Assembly: GCA_013151975.1 (NCBI GenBank)
Contig: JAADHG010000096.1
Span: forward strand, 1 to 37,008
Reading direction: 5' to 3'
Origin: Chlorobiota bacterium
GTDB taxonomy: Bacteria > Bacteroidota > Bacteroidia > Flavobacteriales > Flavobacteriaceae
Length of the DNA stretch: 37,008 nucleotides
The notes under the pieces were generated by a model. That model was given only the letters and a program-made list of their open reading frames with translations, made no database searches and was not told where the DNA came from. This document shows, piece after piece, positions 27,301 to 37,008 of the stretch. Within the stretch, counting starts at the first letter, position 1. Each line of letters starts with the position of its first letter. Position numbers and translations under genes: made by a program.

Positions 27301-30300
27301 ATATGGAGCCTAGTGCAAGTAATAATACGTTAGCTAACCCACAAGACTCTTGGGCAGGTATTACAAGGCAACTTACATCAACAGATTTTGAACAAGCAAA
27401 TGTTGAGTATATCGATTTTTGGTTGCTAGATCCATTCTTGGATAATCCTGCTAATTTAGGAGGAAAATTAACAATAAACCTTGGGAATATTTCAGAAGAT
27501 ATATTAAAAGATGGACGCAAGCAATATGAAAATGGTTTAGACGAATCAGGAGATATTAGTACATTACCTCAAACGGTTTGGGGATCTGTAGTGCCACAAA
27601 ATCAATCTTTAATTTATGCATTCTCTAGTTTGGGTCAAGAACGCATAAACCAAGATGTGGGTTATGATGGTTACGATGATGCCGAAGAAGCATCAGTATT
27701 TCCTGCTTTCGCGGGACTATCTGATCCAGCAAAAGATAATTATTCATACTTTTTAAATACTGAAGGCGATATTTTTGACCGCTATAAACTATATAATGGT
27801 CAACAAGGGAATTCACCAGATACATTTTCACAAACTAATAGAGGTTCTACAACTGAGCCTGATGTAGAAGATATAAATCGAGATAACACAATGAACACCA
27901 TTGATAGTTATTTTGAATATGAACTAGATATTACACCATCAAGTCTATCAAACCCTAATAATTCAAGTATTAGAGATAGAAAAGAGATAACGGTAACATT
28001 ACCAAATGGGGATTCGAGATTAGTACGTTGGTATCAATTTAGAATTCCGCTAACAGCATCAACAAATCAAGTTGGTGGTATTACAGATTTTAGATCTATC
28101 CGTTTTATGCGTATGTATTTAAAAGACTTTACAGAAGATGTAGTATTGCGTTTTGCAACTTTAGATTTGGTGAGAAGTGATTGGAGGCGTTATCCATTGT
28201 CTTTAGATGCTGATGCTAATAATGATGCTGATGGTACTGCATTTAGCGTAAGTATTATTGGTATTCAAGAAAATGATGGCACTTATGTATCTCCTCCAGG
28301 AGTAAGGCGAGAACAATTAAATAACAACAATACGCTGGTTAGACAAAATGAGCAATCATTAGTAGTTAATACCTGTAAACTAGAACCTGAGGATTCAAGA
28401 GCGGTTTATAAAAATATTAGTGTGGACATGCGTCAGTATAAAAAGCTGAGAATGTTTATGCATGCCGAAGAAGGCACGTCTCCAGGTCTAGCTGATGGTG
28501 ATGCTATTGGTTTTATAAGAATGGGGAACGATTTTACACAAAATTATTACCAAATAGAGATTCCGTTGGTAGTATCGCCAGGTGGTTCTATAAGTGAAAC
28601 TGCTGTTTGGCCAGATGTGAATGAAATTAATTTCCCTATAGAAGTACTGGCAAAAATTAAAGCTTTAGGAATTTCTGAAGGATCTCTTGGTAATCCAGAT
28701 GCAACATTTTATGATGTTATAGATGGTGTATTAACCGAGGCATCTGTCCCAGAATTTTCACCATATACAATAGGTCAGCAACGTGTTGCCATTAAAGGGA
28801 ATCCAAATTTTGGTGATATAAGAACGCTTATGGTTGGGATTAAAAACTCCAGACAGGATAATGTTGATGTATGTGCTGAAGTATGGTTTAATGAGTTACG
28901 ATTATCAGACATGGATAATAAAGGAGGTTGGGCAGCTATAGTAAGTATGGATACTAATATTGCAGACTTTATGGATATTAGTGCTACAGGGCGAAGAAGC
29001 ACCACAGGGTTTGGTACAATTGAACAAGGACCTAATGAAAGAAGTAGAGAGAACATAAAACAGTATGATGTAGTTACAAATATAAATCTGGGGCAGTTAT
29101 TACCTAAAAAATGGGGAATGCAAATTCCGTTTAATTTTGGTCAAAGCGAGGCAATCATTACACCAGAGTACGACCAACAGTATAAAGATGTAAAGCTTCA
29201 AACCCGTCTTGACGCCGCCGCAAGTAATAGCGAACGTGAAACTATTCGAAAACAGTCAGAAGATTATACAAAACGACAGAGTATTAATTTTATAGGTGTT
29301 AGAAAGCAAAGAACAGGAGACGCAACACCAAGATTTTATGATGTAGAAAATTTAACACTTAACTATTCGTTTAATCAAGTTGAGCATAGAAATTTTGAAA
29401 TTGAAAATTCACTAGATCAAAATATTAGAGTTGGTGCAAACTATAACTTTAGCTTTAATCCAATAAAAATTGAACCTTTTAAAAAGAACGATTCCTTATT
29501 TAAAGGGAAATACTGGAAAATATTAAAAGACTTTAATTTTAATTTATTACCAACGAGTTTTTCTGTAAATTCCGATTTTGTAAGACAATTCAATAAGCAA
29601 AAGTTTAGAGAGATTGATTTAGGAGGAAGTAATATTAGCATTGAAGAATTGTTTAGAAGAAACTATACGTTTAATTTTCAATACACAATTAATTACGACC
29701 TAACGGATGCTTTACGATTAAACTTTACAGCGTCAAACAATAATATTGTTCGTAATTATTTTATTGATGACAATTTAAATGGCGCCCAAGACCCTTCTAA
29801 AGATGTATGGGACGGGTTCTTTGATGTCGGTGACCCTAACAGGCAGTTTCAACAACTAGGGCTTAACTATGAAATACCTATAAACAAAATACCAGCACTT
29901 AATTTTATTTCGGCAACCTATGCATATACAGGAGATTTCTTATGGCAAAAGGGATCTGATCTCTTTGGAAATCTAACTATTGATGGGCAAACCTATAATT
30001 TAGGGAACTCGGTGTCTAATGCGAATACACATAATTTAAATACAACTCTAGATTTAAAAAAGCTGTATAGTTATATAGGATTAGTTAGAAAAAAGAGCAA
30101 ATCAACATCTGGCAATTCAAAATCTAATAGAGGAGTCCCTGCGACTAATAAAAACCAAAAAAAAGCTGCTAAATCTAAAAATAACGCAGCATTTAATACT
30201 GTAGTAGATATATTAACTATGGTTAAAAGAGTTCAAATTAACTACACTGAAAATAACGGATCATTCTTGCCAGGATACTTACAAACACCAGGATTTATTG

Positions 30301-31595
30301 GAACTTTAAGACCTACTGTTGGATATACATTTGGAAGCCAGAGAGATATTAGACAATTAGCAGCTAGAAATGGATGGTTAACAGTTTTTCCAGATTTTAA
30401 CCAACAATATACAGAAACTCAAAATAAAAACTTAATACTATCAGCAACTGTTGAGCCAGTACGAGATTTAAAAATAGATCTCACAGGAGGACGAACTTAT
30501 GCTAGTAATTTTACCGAAAACTTTAATACTACAGATACTAATGGAGATGGTTTTAGCGACACCTACAATTCATTAATTCAAAACACATTTGGGAATTTCA
30601 ATATTTCAACATCTTTAATAAAAACGGCGTTTAAAAGTAGTGATGAAAATGGGTCTATTCCATTTGAAGATTTTAGAGCAAATAGATTAATTATAGCGAG
30701 ACGACTGGCGCAAAAAGATGGTGTTAATTTTTCTAACCCAGCAAACTTTGAAAATGGCGATGTAACAGGCTTTCCATTAGGATATGGTAAATCTAACCAA
30801 GCGGTATTATTACCAGCGTTTTTAGCAGCTTACTCAGGTACGGATGCTAGTAAAGTAAAGTTAGGAGCTTTTAGAGATGTACCAATACCAAATTGGTCAT
30901 TAAAATATACCGGATTTATGAAAATGAAGTGGTTTAAAAAACATTTCAAACGTTTTTCTGTAGCACATGGATATAGTGCTAGTTATACCATTAACCAATT
31001 TAGAACAAACCTTGATTATAATGCTCCAGATTTAGGCGCAGATTATAATACACAAAATCAGAATGTATTAGATCAATCAGGGAATTATAAAAATGAAACT
31101 TTATTTAGCAATATTAACTTAGTAGAGCAGTTTAGCCCATTAATTAAGTTAGATTTTGAAATGAAAAACTCAATTAAGATATTGGCCGAAGTTAGAAAGG
31201 ACCGTGTGTTATCTTTAAGTTTTGATAATAATTTACTCACCGAAATTCAAGGTAAAGAATACATTTTCGGATTGGGTTATAGAATAAAAGATGTAAAGAT
31301 TAATTCTAAAATGGCTGGCCCACGAAAAGTAATAAAAAGTGATTTAAATATGAAGGCTGATATTTCGGTTAGAGAAAATAAAACAATTATTAGATATCTA
31401 GACCTAGACAATAATCAGGTAACTTCCGGACAAACAATATGGAGTCTTAAATATACTGCAGATTACGCATTTAGTAAGAACTTAACAGGGATTTTCTTTT
31501 TTGATTATTCCTTTTCAGAATATGCAATATCTACCGCTTTCCCACAAACATCTATTCGCTCAGGACTTACTTTGAGATATAACTTTGGAAACTAA
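24399..31595 (+). CDS. sprA: Type IX secretion system translocon / gliding motility protein SprA (Sov family)
   Basis: 2398 aa, with a signal-like [16 protein letters not shown]. An alternative start ATG is at 24444. Segments I recognise from SprA include [43 protein letters not shown]. The beta-rich C-terminus ends LTLRYNFGN. Confidence 0.85.
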   Translation: MKTTNINFYKSTKTYMLTGIMLLFYIVTYAQQPTVRDSTSTTFSFRNLNMPNPNSIVSKYTYDPITDRYIYTESVGKFNINYPIILSPKEFQRLVELENLKNYYKQKIDAYDGKKNGADALQKNLIPDLYVDSDFFETIFGGNTIEVIPQGSVEMDMGILFTKQDNPSFSPRRRSSFNFDFNQRINLSLLGKVGTRLQVTANYDTQSTFDFQNLVKLEYTPTEDDIIQKIEVGNVSMPLNSSLITGAQSLFGVKTKLQFGKTTITGIFSEQQSQTRTVVAQGGGTLEEFEFFGLDYDENRHFFLAQYFRDTYDEALKTYPYINNQGLQITRIEVWVTNRSNQTNDVRNVVALQDLGESSVLGSPVNVTAGPNAFPSNGNNAYDPTNIGGPGSQITDAIRDIATVQAGILVPGVNEGFDYGKLENAKKLTQGNEYILNTQLGYISLNQRLQNDEILAVAFQFTVGDQVFQVGEFANDGIDATGVSIDGGTGNTIINNNSLVLKMLKSTVTNVQEPIWDLMMKNIYNTGSFQLDKEDFKLNIFYTETSPLNYITPVGGTPFPTPGPNEDALEETPLLRVFNLDKLNFNNDPQFNGDGFFDFVPGITVIQQNGKIIFTNVEPFGKYLFDVLSNGGEDYDNITSYNPNQAKYVYDKLYKSTKTGALEDGEKNKFQIKGRYKSGGGTGIPIGAFNVPRGSVKVTAGGRVLVEGVDYTVNYQLGTVQILDPALQASNTPIQVSVENNAVFGQQTKRFSGINVEHQFNENFVLGATFLNLNERPITQKATYNAEPINNTIFGVNGNFSTEIPFLTRLANKLPNIDTDVPSNLSVRGEFAYLLPGAPKGSNFNSEATTYVDDFEGTQNAIDMLSPISWHLSSRPRGLGRVYSEGPEDDNGVQNGYDRAQLNWYTIDPIFYSSLRPSGISDDDMSNLYTRRVSIEEIFPQIDIVQGQTTIINPLDLAYYPSERGAYNMEPSASNNTLANPQDSWAGITRQLTSTDFEQANVEYIDFWLLDPFLDNPANLGGKLTINLGNISEDILKDGRKQYENGLDESGDISTLPQTVWGSVVPQNQSLIYAFSSLGQERINQDVGYDGYDDAEEASVFPAFAGLSDPAKDNYSYFLNTEGDIFDRYKLYNGQQGNSPDTFSQTNRGSTTEPDVEDINRDNTMNTIDSYFEYELDITPSSLSNPNNSSIRDRKEITVTLPNGDSRLVRWYQFRIPLTASTNQVGGITDFRSIRFMRMYLKDFTEDVVLRFATLDLVRSDWRRYPLSLDADANNDADGTAFSVSIIGIQENDGTYVSPPGVRREQLNNNNTLVRQNEQSLVVNTCKLEPEDSRAVYKNISVDMRQYKKLRMFMHAEEGTSPGLADGDAIGFIRMGNDFTQNYYQIEIPLVVSPGGSISETAVWPDVNEINFPIEVLAKIKALGISEGSLGNPDATFYDVIDGVLTEASVPEFSPYTIGQQRVAIKGNPNFGDIRTLMVGIKNSRQDNVDVCAEVWFNELRLSDMDNKGGWAAIVSMDTNIADFMDISATGRRSTTGFGTIEQGPNERSRENIKQYDVVTNINLGQLLPKKWGMQIPFNFGQSEAIITPEYDQQYKDVKLQTRLDAAASNSERETIRKQSEDYTKRQSINFIGVRKQRTGDATPRFYDVENLTLNYSFNQVEHRNFEIENSLDQNIRVGANYNFSFNPIKIEPFKKNDSLFKGKYWKILKDFNFNLLPTSFSVNSDFVRQFNKQKFREIDLGGSNISIEELFRRNYTFNFQYTINYDLTDALRLNFTASNNNIVRNYFIDDNLNGAQDPSKDVWDGFFDVGDPNRQFQQLGLNYEIPINKIPALNFISATYAYTGDFLWQKGSDLFGNLTIDGQTYNLGNSVSNANTHNLNTTLDLKKLYSYIGLVRKKSKSTSGNSKSNRGVPATNKNQKKAAKSKNNAAFNTVVDILTMVKRVQINYTENNGSFLPGYLQTPGFIGTLRPTVGYTFGSQRDIRQLAARNGWLTVFPDFNQQYTETQNKNLILSATVEPVRDLKIDLTGGRTYASNFTENFNTTDTNGDGFSDTYNSLIQNTFGNFNISTSLIKTAFKSSDENGSIPFEDFRANRLIIARRLAQKDGVNFSNPANFENGDVTGFPLGYGKSNQAVLLPAFLAAYSGTDASKVKLGAFRDVPIPNWSLKYTGFMKMKWFKKHFKRFSVAHGYSASYTINQFRTNLDYNAPDLGADYNTQNQNVLDQSGNYKNETLFSNINLVEQFSPLIKLDFEMKNSIKILAEVRKDRVLSLSFDNNLLTEIQGKEYIFGLGYRIKDVKINSKMAGPRKVIKSDLNMKADISVRENKTIIRYLDLDNNQVTSGQTIWSLKYTADYAFSKNLTGIFFFDYSFSEYAISTAFPQTSIRSGLTLRYNFGN

Positions 31596-31630
31596 TTAAA
31601 CAACTAATATATTTACCGAAAAATTACATT

Positions 31631-32011
31631 ATGAATATTCCATCTGAATTAAAATATACTAAAGACCACGAATGGATTAGTATTGAAGGCGACGTTATTA
31701 CTATAGGAATTACAGACTTTGCACAAAGTGAACTAGGAGATATTGTTTATGTTGAGGTAGAAACCGTAGATGAAACTTTAGAAGCCGACGAAGTATTTGG
31801 TACAGTTGAAGCTGTAAAAACTGTTTCAGATTTATTTTTACCTGTTTCAGGAGAAATAATAGAGTTTAATGAAGCCTTAGAAGATGAGCCAGAAAAAGTA
31901 AACACAGATCCTTATGGAGATGGTTGGATGATAAAAGTAAAATGTGCCGATGTGTCTCAATTAGACGCTTTACTTTCAGCTGATGATTATAAAGCAATAG
32001 TAGGTGCATAA
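31631..32011 (+). CDS. gcvH: Glycine cleavage system protein H
   Basis: 126 aa. YTKDHEWI, and lipoyl-lysine context [10 protein letters not shown]. Confidence 0.93.
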   Translation: MNIPSELKYTKDHEWISIEGDVITIGITDFAQSELGDIVYVEVETVDETLEADEVFGTVEAVKTVSDLFLPVSGEIIEFNEALEDEPEKVNTDPYGDGWMIKVKCADVSQLDALLSADDYKAIVGA

Positions 32012-32375
32012 TAAAGTAATATTGCTATTTGCAGCAGTAGGGTACTCTATTACATTAGCAGTTCTCAGTTTAGTAAGTAATGATGCATTGCCATATTTTG
32101 GCACCAATTATGAAGATAAAATCTATCATCTTTTAGCATATGCACTATTAACTTTTTTATGGTTTAATGTTTTTATTAATTTTAATAATAACAAACCAAT
32201 TCTTTTAGCATTCATTATTTCAATTGTTTTTGGTATAATTATTGAAGTGTTACAAGGAGAGTTTACTGTTGTAAGAGATGCTTCTATTATGGATGTCGTT
32301 GCAAATAGTATTGGAGTAACAGTTGTTTCCTTTATTTTACTCGTGAGAAATAGCACAATCGTTAAAAAAAAATAA
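32004..32375 (+). CDS. VanZ-like family membrane protein
   Basis: 123 aa with four hydrophobic helices. [12 protein letters not shown]…IIEVLQ…R…[10 protein letters not shown] resembles the VanZ-like pattern. Its start overlaps the gcvH stop by 8 nt. Confidence 0.6.
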   Translation: MHNKVILLFAAVGYSITLAVLSLVSNDALPYFGTNYEDKIYHLLAYALLTFLWFNVFINFNNNKPILLAFIISIVFGIIIEVLQGEFTVVRDASIMDVVANSIGVTVVSFILLVRNSTIVKKK

Positions 32376-32433
32376 ACCCTTGCTTTTTTAGCAAATTATT
32401 GGTTATTTTACCAATCTTGAAAAAACAATAATT

Positions 32434-33153
32434 ATGGAACCTAAAAAGAATTTGAAAGCTGATGTAAGACGAAATAGCTCAATTTATTTTGCTGTTGGTT
32501 TATTATTAATGTTAATAGTTACGTATTCTTCTATTAATTATAAGTCCTACGACAAAAGCGATATTGATATAGGGATGTTAAACATGGATGAGTTGGATGA
32601 TGAAGAAATTCCAATCACTGAGCAAATTGTAACACCACCACCACCACCACCACCACCTGCTGCACCCGAAGTTATAGAGGTTGTAGAAGACGAAGAGGAA
32701 ATTGAAGAAACAGTAATTGAATCTACTGAAACGGATGAGTCGGAAGAAATTGTTGAAGTAGAAGATGTTGAGGTTGATGAAGTAGATGAAGACATAGAGG
32801 TGCCTTTTTCAGTTATTGAAAATGTACCAATTTTTCCTGGTTGTGAAAAAGGGAATAACGCTGCCAAAAGAAAATGTATGTCTACAAAAATTACAAAATT
32901 TGTACAAAAGAAGTTTAATACAGATTTAGCTGGAGATTTAGGTTTAACAGGAAGACAGCGTATAAATGTAATTTTTAAAATAGATAAAAAAGGAAATGTT
33001 GTTAATGTGAGAGCAAGAGCACCACATCCAAGATTAGAAAAAGAAGCAGCGCGTGTTATTAATTTGCTTCCAAAAATGAAGCCAGGTAAGCAGAGAGGAA
33101 AAGCGGTAATTGTACCATATTCTTTACCTATTATATTTCAAGTTCAAGACTAA
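32434..33153 (+). CDS. Membrane-anchored TonB_C-like protein, paralog 1 (usually annotated as energy transducer TonB)
   Basis: 239 aa. N-terminal anchor SIYFAVGLLLMLIVTY, a Pro8 tract, a hyper-acidic linker, then a C-terminal module VPIFPGCE…KRKCMS…RINVIFKIDKKGNVVNVRARAPHPRLEKEA…PGKQRGKAV…LPIIF. Confidence 0.7.
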   Translation: MEPKKNLKADVRRNSSIYFAVGLLLMLIVTYSSINYKSYDKSDIDIGMLNMDELDDEEIPITEQIVTPPPPPPPPAAPEVIEVVEDEEEIEETVIESTETDESEEIVEVEDVEVDEVDEDIEVPFSVIENVPIFPGCEKGNNAAKRKCMSTKITKFVQKKFNTDLAGDLGLTGRQRINVIFKIDKKGNVVNVRARAPHPRLEKEAARVINLLPKMKPGKQRGKAVIVPYSLPIIFQVQD

Positions 33154-33173
33154 GAATAAACAACATAAATTTA

Positions 33174-33208
33174 AAATCCCGTTACAATTTCGTAACGGGA
33201 TTTTTTTT
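33174..33208 (+). terminator. Rho-independent terminator after paralog 1
   Basis: AAAATCCCGTTAC / GTAACGGGATTTT stem followed by a T-run. Confidence 0.75.
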
Positions 33209-33258
33209 GGTATGCTTCTTGTGTTTTATTCATAACATTAACATTTAAAACAATAATT

Positions 33259-34050
33259 ATGAATTTTTCAAAGAAAAATCACGAACGCGTTGGTCAGAAC
33301 GCGCCACTCGTGAAAAAACCACAGAAGCATGATGCAAATTTACAAAAAAACTCAACCTTGTACTTTCAAGTTGGGTTGATTTTAACATTACTAGTCACTT
33401 ATGCCTTGTTTGAAATGCAGTTTGAAAGAACAGTTATTTCTATTAATGATTACGCTATTTTAAACGATCCAGATGAAACTATTATTATTGAACCATTTAA
33501 AGTGTTTGAAGAGCCTGTTAAACAAGAAGCACTAGAAGTACTTAAAAAGAAAGTAATATTAAATCAACCACCAAAAATTGTTCCTGATGATTTCGATCAA
33601 GGAAAAGAATTGTTTGAGATTATTACACCAGAACAAAATACTTCAGGAAAAGTGCTAACTCCAGAGGATGTTAATGTATATATTCCTGAAGAAGTTATCG
33701 ATATAATTGGTGTAGAACAAGTGCCTATTTACCCAGGTTGCGAAGGGCTATCTACTAATACGAAACGTAGAAAATGTATGTCTGATAAAATTGGAAAGCT
33801 AATTAGTAGAAAGTTTAATTCAGATATAGCTTCAGGTTTAGGTTTGCATGGAAAGCAACGTATTGATGTTCAGTTTAAAATAGATAAAACAGGTTATGTT
33901 ACCGAAATTAAAGCCAGAGCGCCACATGATAAGTTAGAAAGAGAGGCAATAAAGGTAATTCATAAAATCCCTCAAATGATACCTGGAAAACAGCGAAATA
34001 TTAATGTAGCTGTAATTTATAGATTACCTATAGTGTTACAAGTCCAATAA
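33259..34050 (+). CDS. Membrane-anchored TonB_C-like protein, paralog 2
   Basis: 263 aa. Anchor TLYFQVGLILTLLVTY. C-terminal module VPIYPGCE…KRRKCMS…RIDVQFKIDKTGYVTEIKARAPHDKLEREA…PGKQRNINV…LPIVL. Short identical nucleotide runs are shared with paralog 1 (e.g. AGAAAATGTATGTCT, TAAAATAGATAAAA). Confidence 0.7.
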   Translation: MNFSKKNHERVGQNAPLVKKPQKHDANLQKNSTLYFQVGLILTLLVTYALFEMQFERTVISINDYAILNDPDETIIIEPFKVFEEPVKQEALEVLKKKVILNQPPKIVPDDFDQGKELFEIITPEQNTSGKVLTPEDVNVYIPEEVIDIIGVEQVPIYPGCEGLSTNTKRRKCMSDKIGKLISRKFNSDIASGLGLHGKQRIDVQFKIDKTGYVTEIKARAPHDKLEREAIKVIHKIPQMIPGKQRNINVAVIYRLPIVLQVQ

Positions 34051-34072
34051 ACCGTTCGTGAATACTAATATC

Positions 34073-34107
34073 AAAACCGTTATCGCTATATGATAACGGT
34101 TTTTTTT
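34073..34107 (+). terminator. Rho-independent terminator after paralog 2
   Basis: AAAACCGTTATC / GATAACGGTTTT stem followed by a T-run. Like the terminator at 33174, it has CCGTTA/TAACGG in its arms. Confidence 0.75.
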
Positions 34108-34163
34108 ACAACTAAACTTAAAAAATAGTATCTTTCACAAACAAAAATAGATTGACTTAACTG

Positions 34164-36269
34164 ATGAAGAAATTTTTCCTACTAGCCTTAAGTTTTGTGT
34201 CTTTAACTATAGTTGCCCAAGATCTTTCAGAATATGAAAAATCACCTGTATTTCCTAATTGTGAAAACGAATCCATTGAAGAGTTAAAGAGCTGTTTTTA
34301 TAACCAAGTATCTCAATTAGTATATCATAATTTCAAGACCCCTCAAATTGTTAAAGACGAAAATTATAGCGGAAGTATTGTGGTGTTGTTTGAAGTAGAT
34401 GCTAAAGGAAACTTTGTGGTTCTATATGTTGATGCTATTTATAATGAACTAAAAAAAGCGGTACAGCAAGTATTTTCTGAATTCCCTAAAATAATACCAG
34501 CAACCTATAACGGTAATCCAACGTATAAACAATATTCCTATCAAATTAAAATACCTTTAGTAGACCCTTCTTTAGAAACTCTTAATAATATCAAAAATGA
34601 ATCTAATGCTATTTCTGAAATTGTAAGACAGGCAAAAACAGAATATGATAGCGTTAATACATCTATTAAAGCTTATGATGATCTAGAATATAAAAGTCAA
34701 GTAAATATTCCGTTTACACATAGCGCATATTCTCGTTTTGGAAGAAACATAAATGTTATTGGGACAAACAGCCATACAGCATCAAAACCATTTATGTATG
34801 AAGATGTCTCAACGTATTATGATTTTAAAGCAACCAAAGACGAATTATTAATAGAAGCAAACTCTTGGGGAAAACGAAAATTGTTAAATGAACATTTAGT
34901 GCAGATACAAGGCAAAGATTATTGGTTTACAGTAGACCCCGTTTTTGATCTTCAAGTAGGAAAAGATTCTGATGCCGATTTTAATACCACGTTTAATAAT
35001 ACCCGAGGGATTTATATACAAGGCGGTTTAGGGAAAAAACTGAGTTTTTCAGCTTCAGTATATGAAAGTCAAGGACGTTTTGCGCAATATTTTAATCAAT
35101 ATGCAGAAACTTTAAAAGCCTTTGGGCCAGACCCTGCAATTATACCTGGGCGAGGTATTGCTAAACGATTTAAAGACGATGCTTACGATTATCCAGTTGC
35201 CGAAGCCTATTTATCATATACTCCAACCAAATTTTTAAATATCCAATTCGGACATGGCAAAAACTTTATCGGTGATGGCTATCGTTCTTTGTTTTTAGGT
35301 GATGCGGCAAGCCCTTCACCTTTTTTAAAACTGAATGCTAAATTTTGGAAAATTAAATTTACAACAACTTGGCTATGGTTAAAAGATGTAAGACCTGAAG
35401 TAGTCGAAGACAAAGCTTTTTTAACTAAATATATGGTGAATCACTATTTGAGTTGGAATGTTTCTAAACGATTTAATTTAGGCTTATTCGAATCTGTAGT
35501 GTGGACAAACTCTAATAATAGAGGATTTGATGTTAATTATTTAAATCCAATTATATTTTATCGCGCTATAGAATTTGAAACTGGTCAAGGCGCAGGAAAT
35601 GCTATTGTAGGTGCTTCGGCAAAATATAAAGTGAACGATAATATTAATATTTACAGTCAATTTGTTTTAGACGAATTTTCTCTGGGAGATATAAAAGGCG
35701 GTGAAAAAAGCTGGAAGAATAAGTATGGATACCAAATAGGCGCAAAGTATTACAATGCATTTAAAGTAAACAACTTGTTTTTACAGGTTGAGTATAATCG
35801 TGTTAGACCTTATACGTATTCACATAATACTATTGTGCTTAATTATGGTTATAATAACCAATCATTAGCACATCCATGGGGAGCTAATTTTAGTGAAACA
35901 ATTCTAATTGGGCGTTATAATTATAAACGATGGTATGCAGATGCTAAGGTGGTTTTTGGATTTAAAGGATTTGATTTTAATAATGGTATTGATGATTTTA
36001 GTTATGGAGGTGACGTTTTTAGAGATTATAATGAGCGTCCATTTGATACTGGAGTAGAAGTTGGTCAAGGTATAAAAACCAATATTTTCCATGCAGAATT
36101 GCAAACGGGTTATGTGGTAAATCCAGTCACAAATTTAAAGTTGTTTGCCTATGTAAGCTATCGCAATTTTAATCCTAACGCAACTACAGCTGCAACGTTT
36201 AAAAACAGTACAGTCTGGTTTAGCCTAGGCTTAAAAACCGATTTGTTTAATTGGTATTTTGATTTTTAA
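34164..36269 (+). CDS. Secreted protein: N-terminal TonB_C-like module fused to a large predicted outer-membrane beta-barrel (possibly Wzi/RemB-like; family name not verified)
   Basis: 701 aa. Signal peptide MKKFFLLALSFVSLTIVAQ. The N-terminal module is SPVFPNCENESIEELKSCF…GSIVVLFEVDAKGNFVV…IIPATYNGNPT…IKIPL. About 560 aa of alternating, aromatic- and Gly-rich sequence follow, ending in the OMP-like C-terminus …LFNWYFDF. Confidence 0.6.
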   Translation: MKKFFLLALSFVSLTIVAQDLSEYEKSPVFPNCENESIEELKSCFYNQVSQLVYHNFKTPQIVKDENYSGSIVVLFEVDAKGNFVVLYVDAIYNELKKAVQQVFSEFPKIIPATYNGNPTYKQYSYQIKIPLVDPSLETLNNIKNESNAISEIVRQAKTEYDSVNTSIKAYDDLEYKSQVNIPFTHSAYSRFGRNINVIGTNSHTASKPFMYEDVSTYYDFKATKDELLIEANSWGKRKLLNEHLVQIQGKDYWFTVDPVFDLQVGKDSDADFNTTFNNTRGIYIQGGLGKKLSFSASVYESQGRFAQYFNQYAETLKAFGPDPAIIPGRGIAKRFKDDAYDYPVAEAYLSYTPTKFLNIQFGHGKNFIGDGYRSLFLGDAASPSPFLKLNAKFWKIKFTTTWLWLKDVRPEVVEDKAFLTKYMVNHYLSWNVSKRFNLGLFESVVWTNSNNRGFDVNYLNPIIFYRAIEFETGQGAGNAIVGASAKYKVNDNINIYSQFVLDEFSLGDIKGGEKSWKNKYGYQIGAKYYNAFKVNNLFLQVEYNRVRPYTYSHNTIVLNYGYNNQSLAHPWGANFSETILIGRYNYKRWYADAKVVFGFKGFDFNNGIDDFSYGGDVFRDYNERPFDTGVEVGQGIKTNIFHAELQTGYVVNPVTNLKLFAYVSYRNFNPNATTAATFKNSTVWFSLGLKTDLFNWYFDF

Positions 36270-36275
36270 GTATTT

Positions 36276-37008
36276 TCACTCCTTCAAACTCTTGTAAAAC
36301 GTTCTCCGTATTTTTTCAGAAGAAATAAAACCTGAACCATAATTTAAAGCGTCATAAGCCTCGGTAATTGTAGTGTTTGCAGCAACTTCATCTTCGGTTT
36401 TTCCTTTGTCAATCTCAGCTTGTACTTTAGTTTTTAGTGTTTCTAACATTTTTAAAAACGTTTTGTATTCGGTCTTACTAGATAAACCACCATGGCCAGG
36501 AATAATTTTGGTGCTATCATCTACAAGTATCAACCCTTTTTTAGCAGCATCTATATAGCCATTTACACTACCGCCAGAATTTAGATCTATAAAAGGGTAG
36601 CGACCATTAAAGTAGGTGTCTCCTGTATGCAAAACATTGCTATTAGTAAAATAAAGAAGTGCGTCCCCATCAGTATGTGCATTATCTACATGAAAAACAG
36701 CAATCTCATCGCCATTTATGTATAAATTCATTTTATCATTAAATGTAATAATTGGCAATGCTTCTTTAGGATTCATACTCCCATCCCTTTTAGGGGTTTC
36801 TACTAAACGTTTTCTAACATTATCATGAGCAATAATTTTTGCACCTACTTTAGCCATATTAACATTACCACCAGTATGGTCACCATGATAATGTGTGTTT
36901 ACAAGAAAATTAATAGGCTTATCACTTAATTTTTTGATAGCCTCCAGAATTTTTGGAGTTAATGGCGCAAATTGATCATCAATTACAAATACACCGTCGT
37001 CACCTACA
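36276..37008 (-). CDS. MBL-fold metallo-hydrolase; C-terminal ~244 codons, N-terminus beyond the right window edge
   Basis: The frame stays open upstream of the ORF-track Met (36857) to the window end: VGDDGVFVIDDQFAPLTPKILEAIKKLSDKPINFLVNTHYHGDHTGGNVNMAKVGA… It contains the HxHxDH metallo-beta-lactamase motif (HYHGDH) and downstream His/Asp residues (…NAHTDGD…, …PGHG). Confidence 0.8.
   Translation of the reverse strand, partial: VGDDGVFVIDDQFAPLTPKILEAIKKLSDKPINFLVNTHYHGDHTGGNVNMAKVGAKIIAHDNVRKRLVETPKRDGSMNPKEALPIITFNDKMNLYINGDEIAVFHVDNAHTDGDALLYFTNSNVLHTGDTYFNGRYPFIDLNSGGSVNGYIDAAKKGLILVDDSTKIIPGHGGLSSKTEYKTFLKMLETLKTKVQAEIDKGKTEDEVAANTTITEAYDALNYGSGFISSEKIRRTFYKSLKE

Noticed and set aside
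30087-30188. Basic Ser/Lys/Asn-rich low-complexity segment in SprA ([33 protein letters not shown])
   Set aside because: It is probably a disordered surface or periplasmic loop of a very large barrel protein. Nothing in the sequence alone suggests a specific function.
31596-31630. Possible glycine riboswitch upstream of gcvH
   Set aside because: The spacer is only 35 nt, far too short for a glycine riboswitch aptamer. gcvH appears to be co-transcribed with sprA.
32547-32867. - strand ORF rich in Ser/Thr and Gly (…SSTSSTSTSSTSTISS…GGGGGGGG…)
   Set aside because: It is the antisense reading of the GAA/GAT-rich acidic linker and the CCA-repeat Pro8 tract of TonB_C-like paralog 1, so it is a composition artefact.
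36373-36558. + strand ORF inside the MBL-fold hydrolase gene
   Set aside because: It is antisense to a frame containing the HxHxDH motif, so it is a shadow ORF.
1-37008. CRISPR arrays, insertion sequences, integrases, prophage, toxin-antitoxin or known defence systems
   Set aside because: There are no regularly spaced repeat-spacer structures and no ORF with transposase, integrase, nuclease or defence-type motifs. The only long ORFs are recognisable housekeeping genes, and the repeats found are 13-24 nt only.

Overview
This is an AT-rich chromosomal segment that looks like Flavobacteriia (Bacteroidota). The grounds are the T9SS translocon gene sprA, an alternative complex III (ACIII) plus aa3 oxidase operon, TAnnTTTG-type -7 promoter boxes and no obvious Shine-Dalgarno sites. 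Almost everything is conserved core genome. Left to right: an edge-truncated DUF2723/TMEM260-like membrane protein (- strand, missing from the ORF track), tRNA-Gln, rimP-nusA-infB, a small SPOR-domain protein (-), an 8-gene respiratory operon (actABCDEF plus cytochrome oxidase subunits II and I), ruvB, queG, NADP-malic enzyme, ruvA tightly followed by sprA (2398 aa), gcvH, a VanZ-like protein, two tandem TonB_C-like membrane-anchored paralogs, an outer-membrane barrel protein carrying the same module at its N-terminus, and an edge-truncated MBL-fold hydrolase (-). I found no CRISPR array, transposase, integrase, phage, toxin-antitoxin or recognisable defence genes. The best candidate for a poorly described system is the three-gene TonB_C-like/barrel cluster at 32.4-36.3 kb, directly downstream of sprA; the evidence is domain architecture only. 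Smaller points worth a second look: a terminator-like hairpin in the rimP-nusA-infB leader (possible NusA-type attenuation); a 13-nt duplication of the tRNA-Gln 3' end around two copies of a short motif that recurs 18 kb away; a pair of related hairpins in opposite orientation between coxA and ruvB; and His-rich or inserted segments in respiratory subunits. All product calls rest on motif recognition by eye. No database searches were run.
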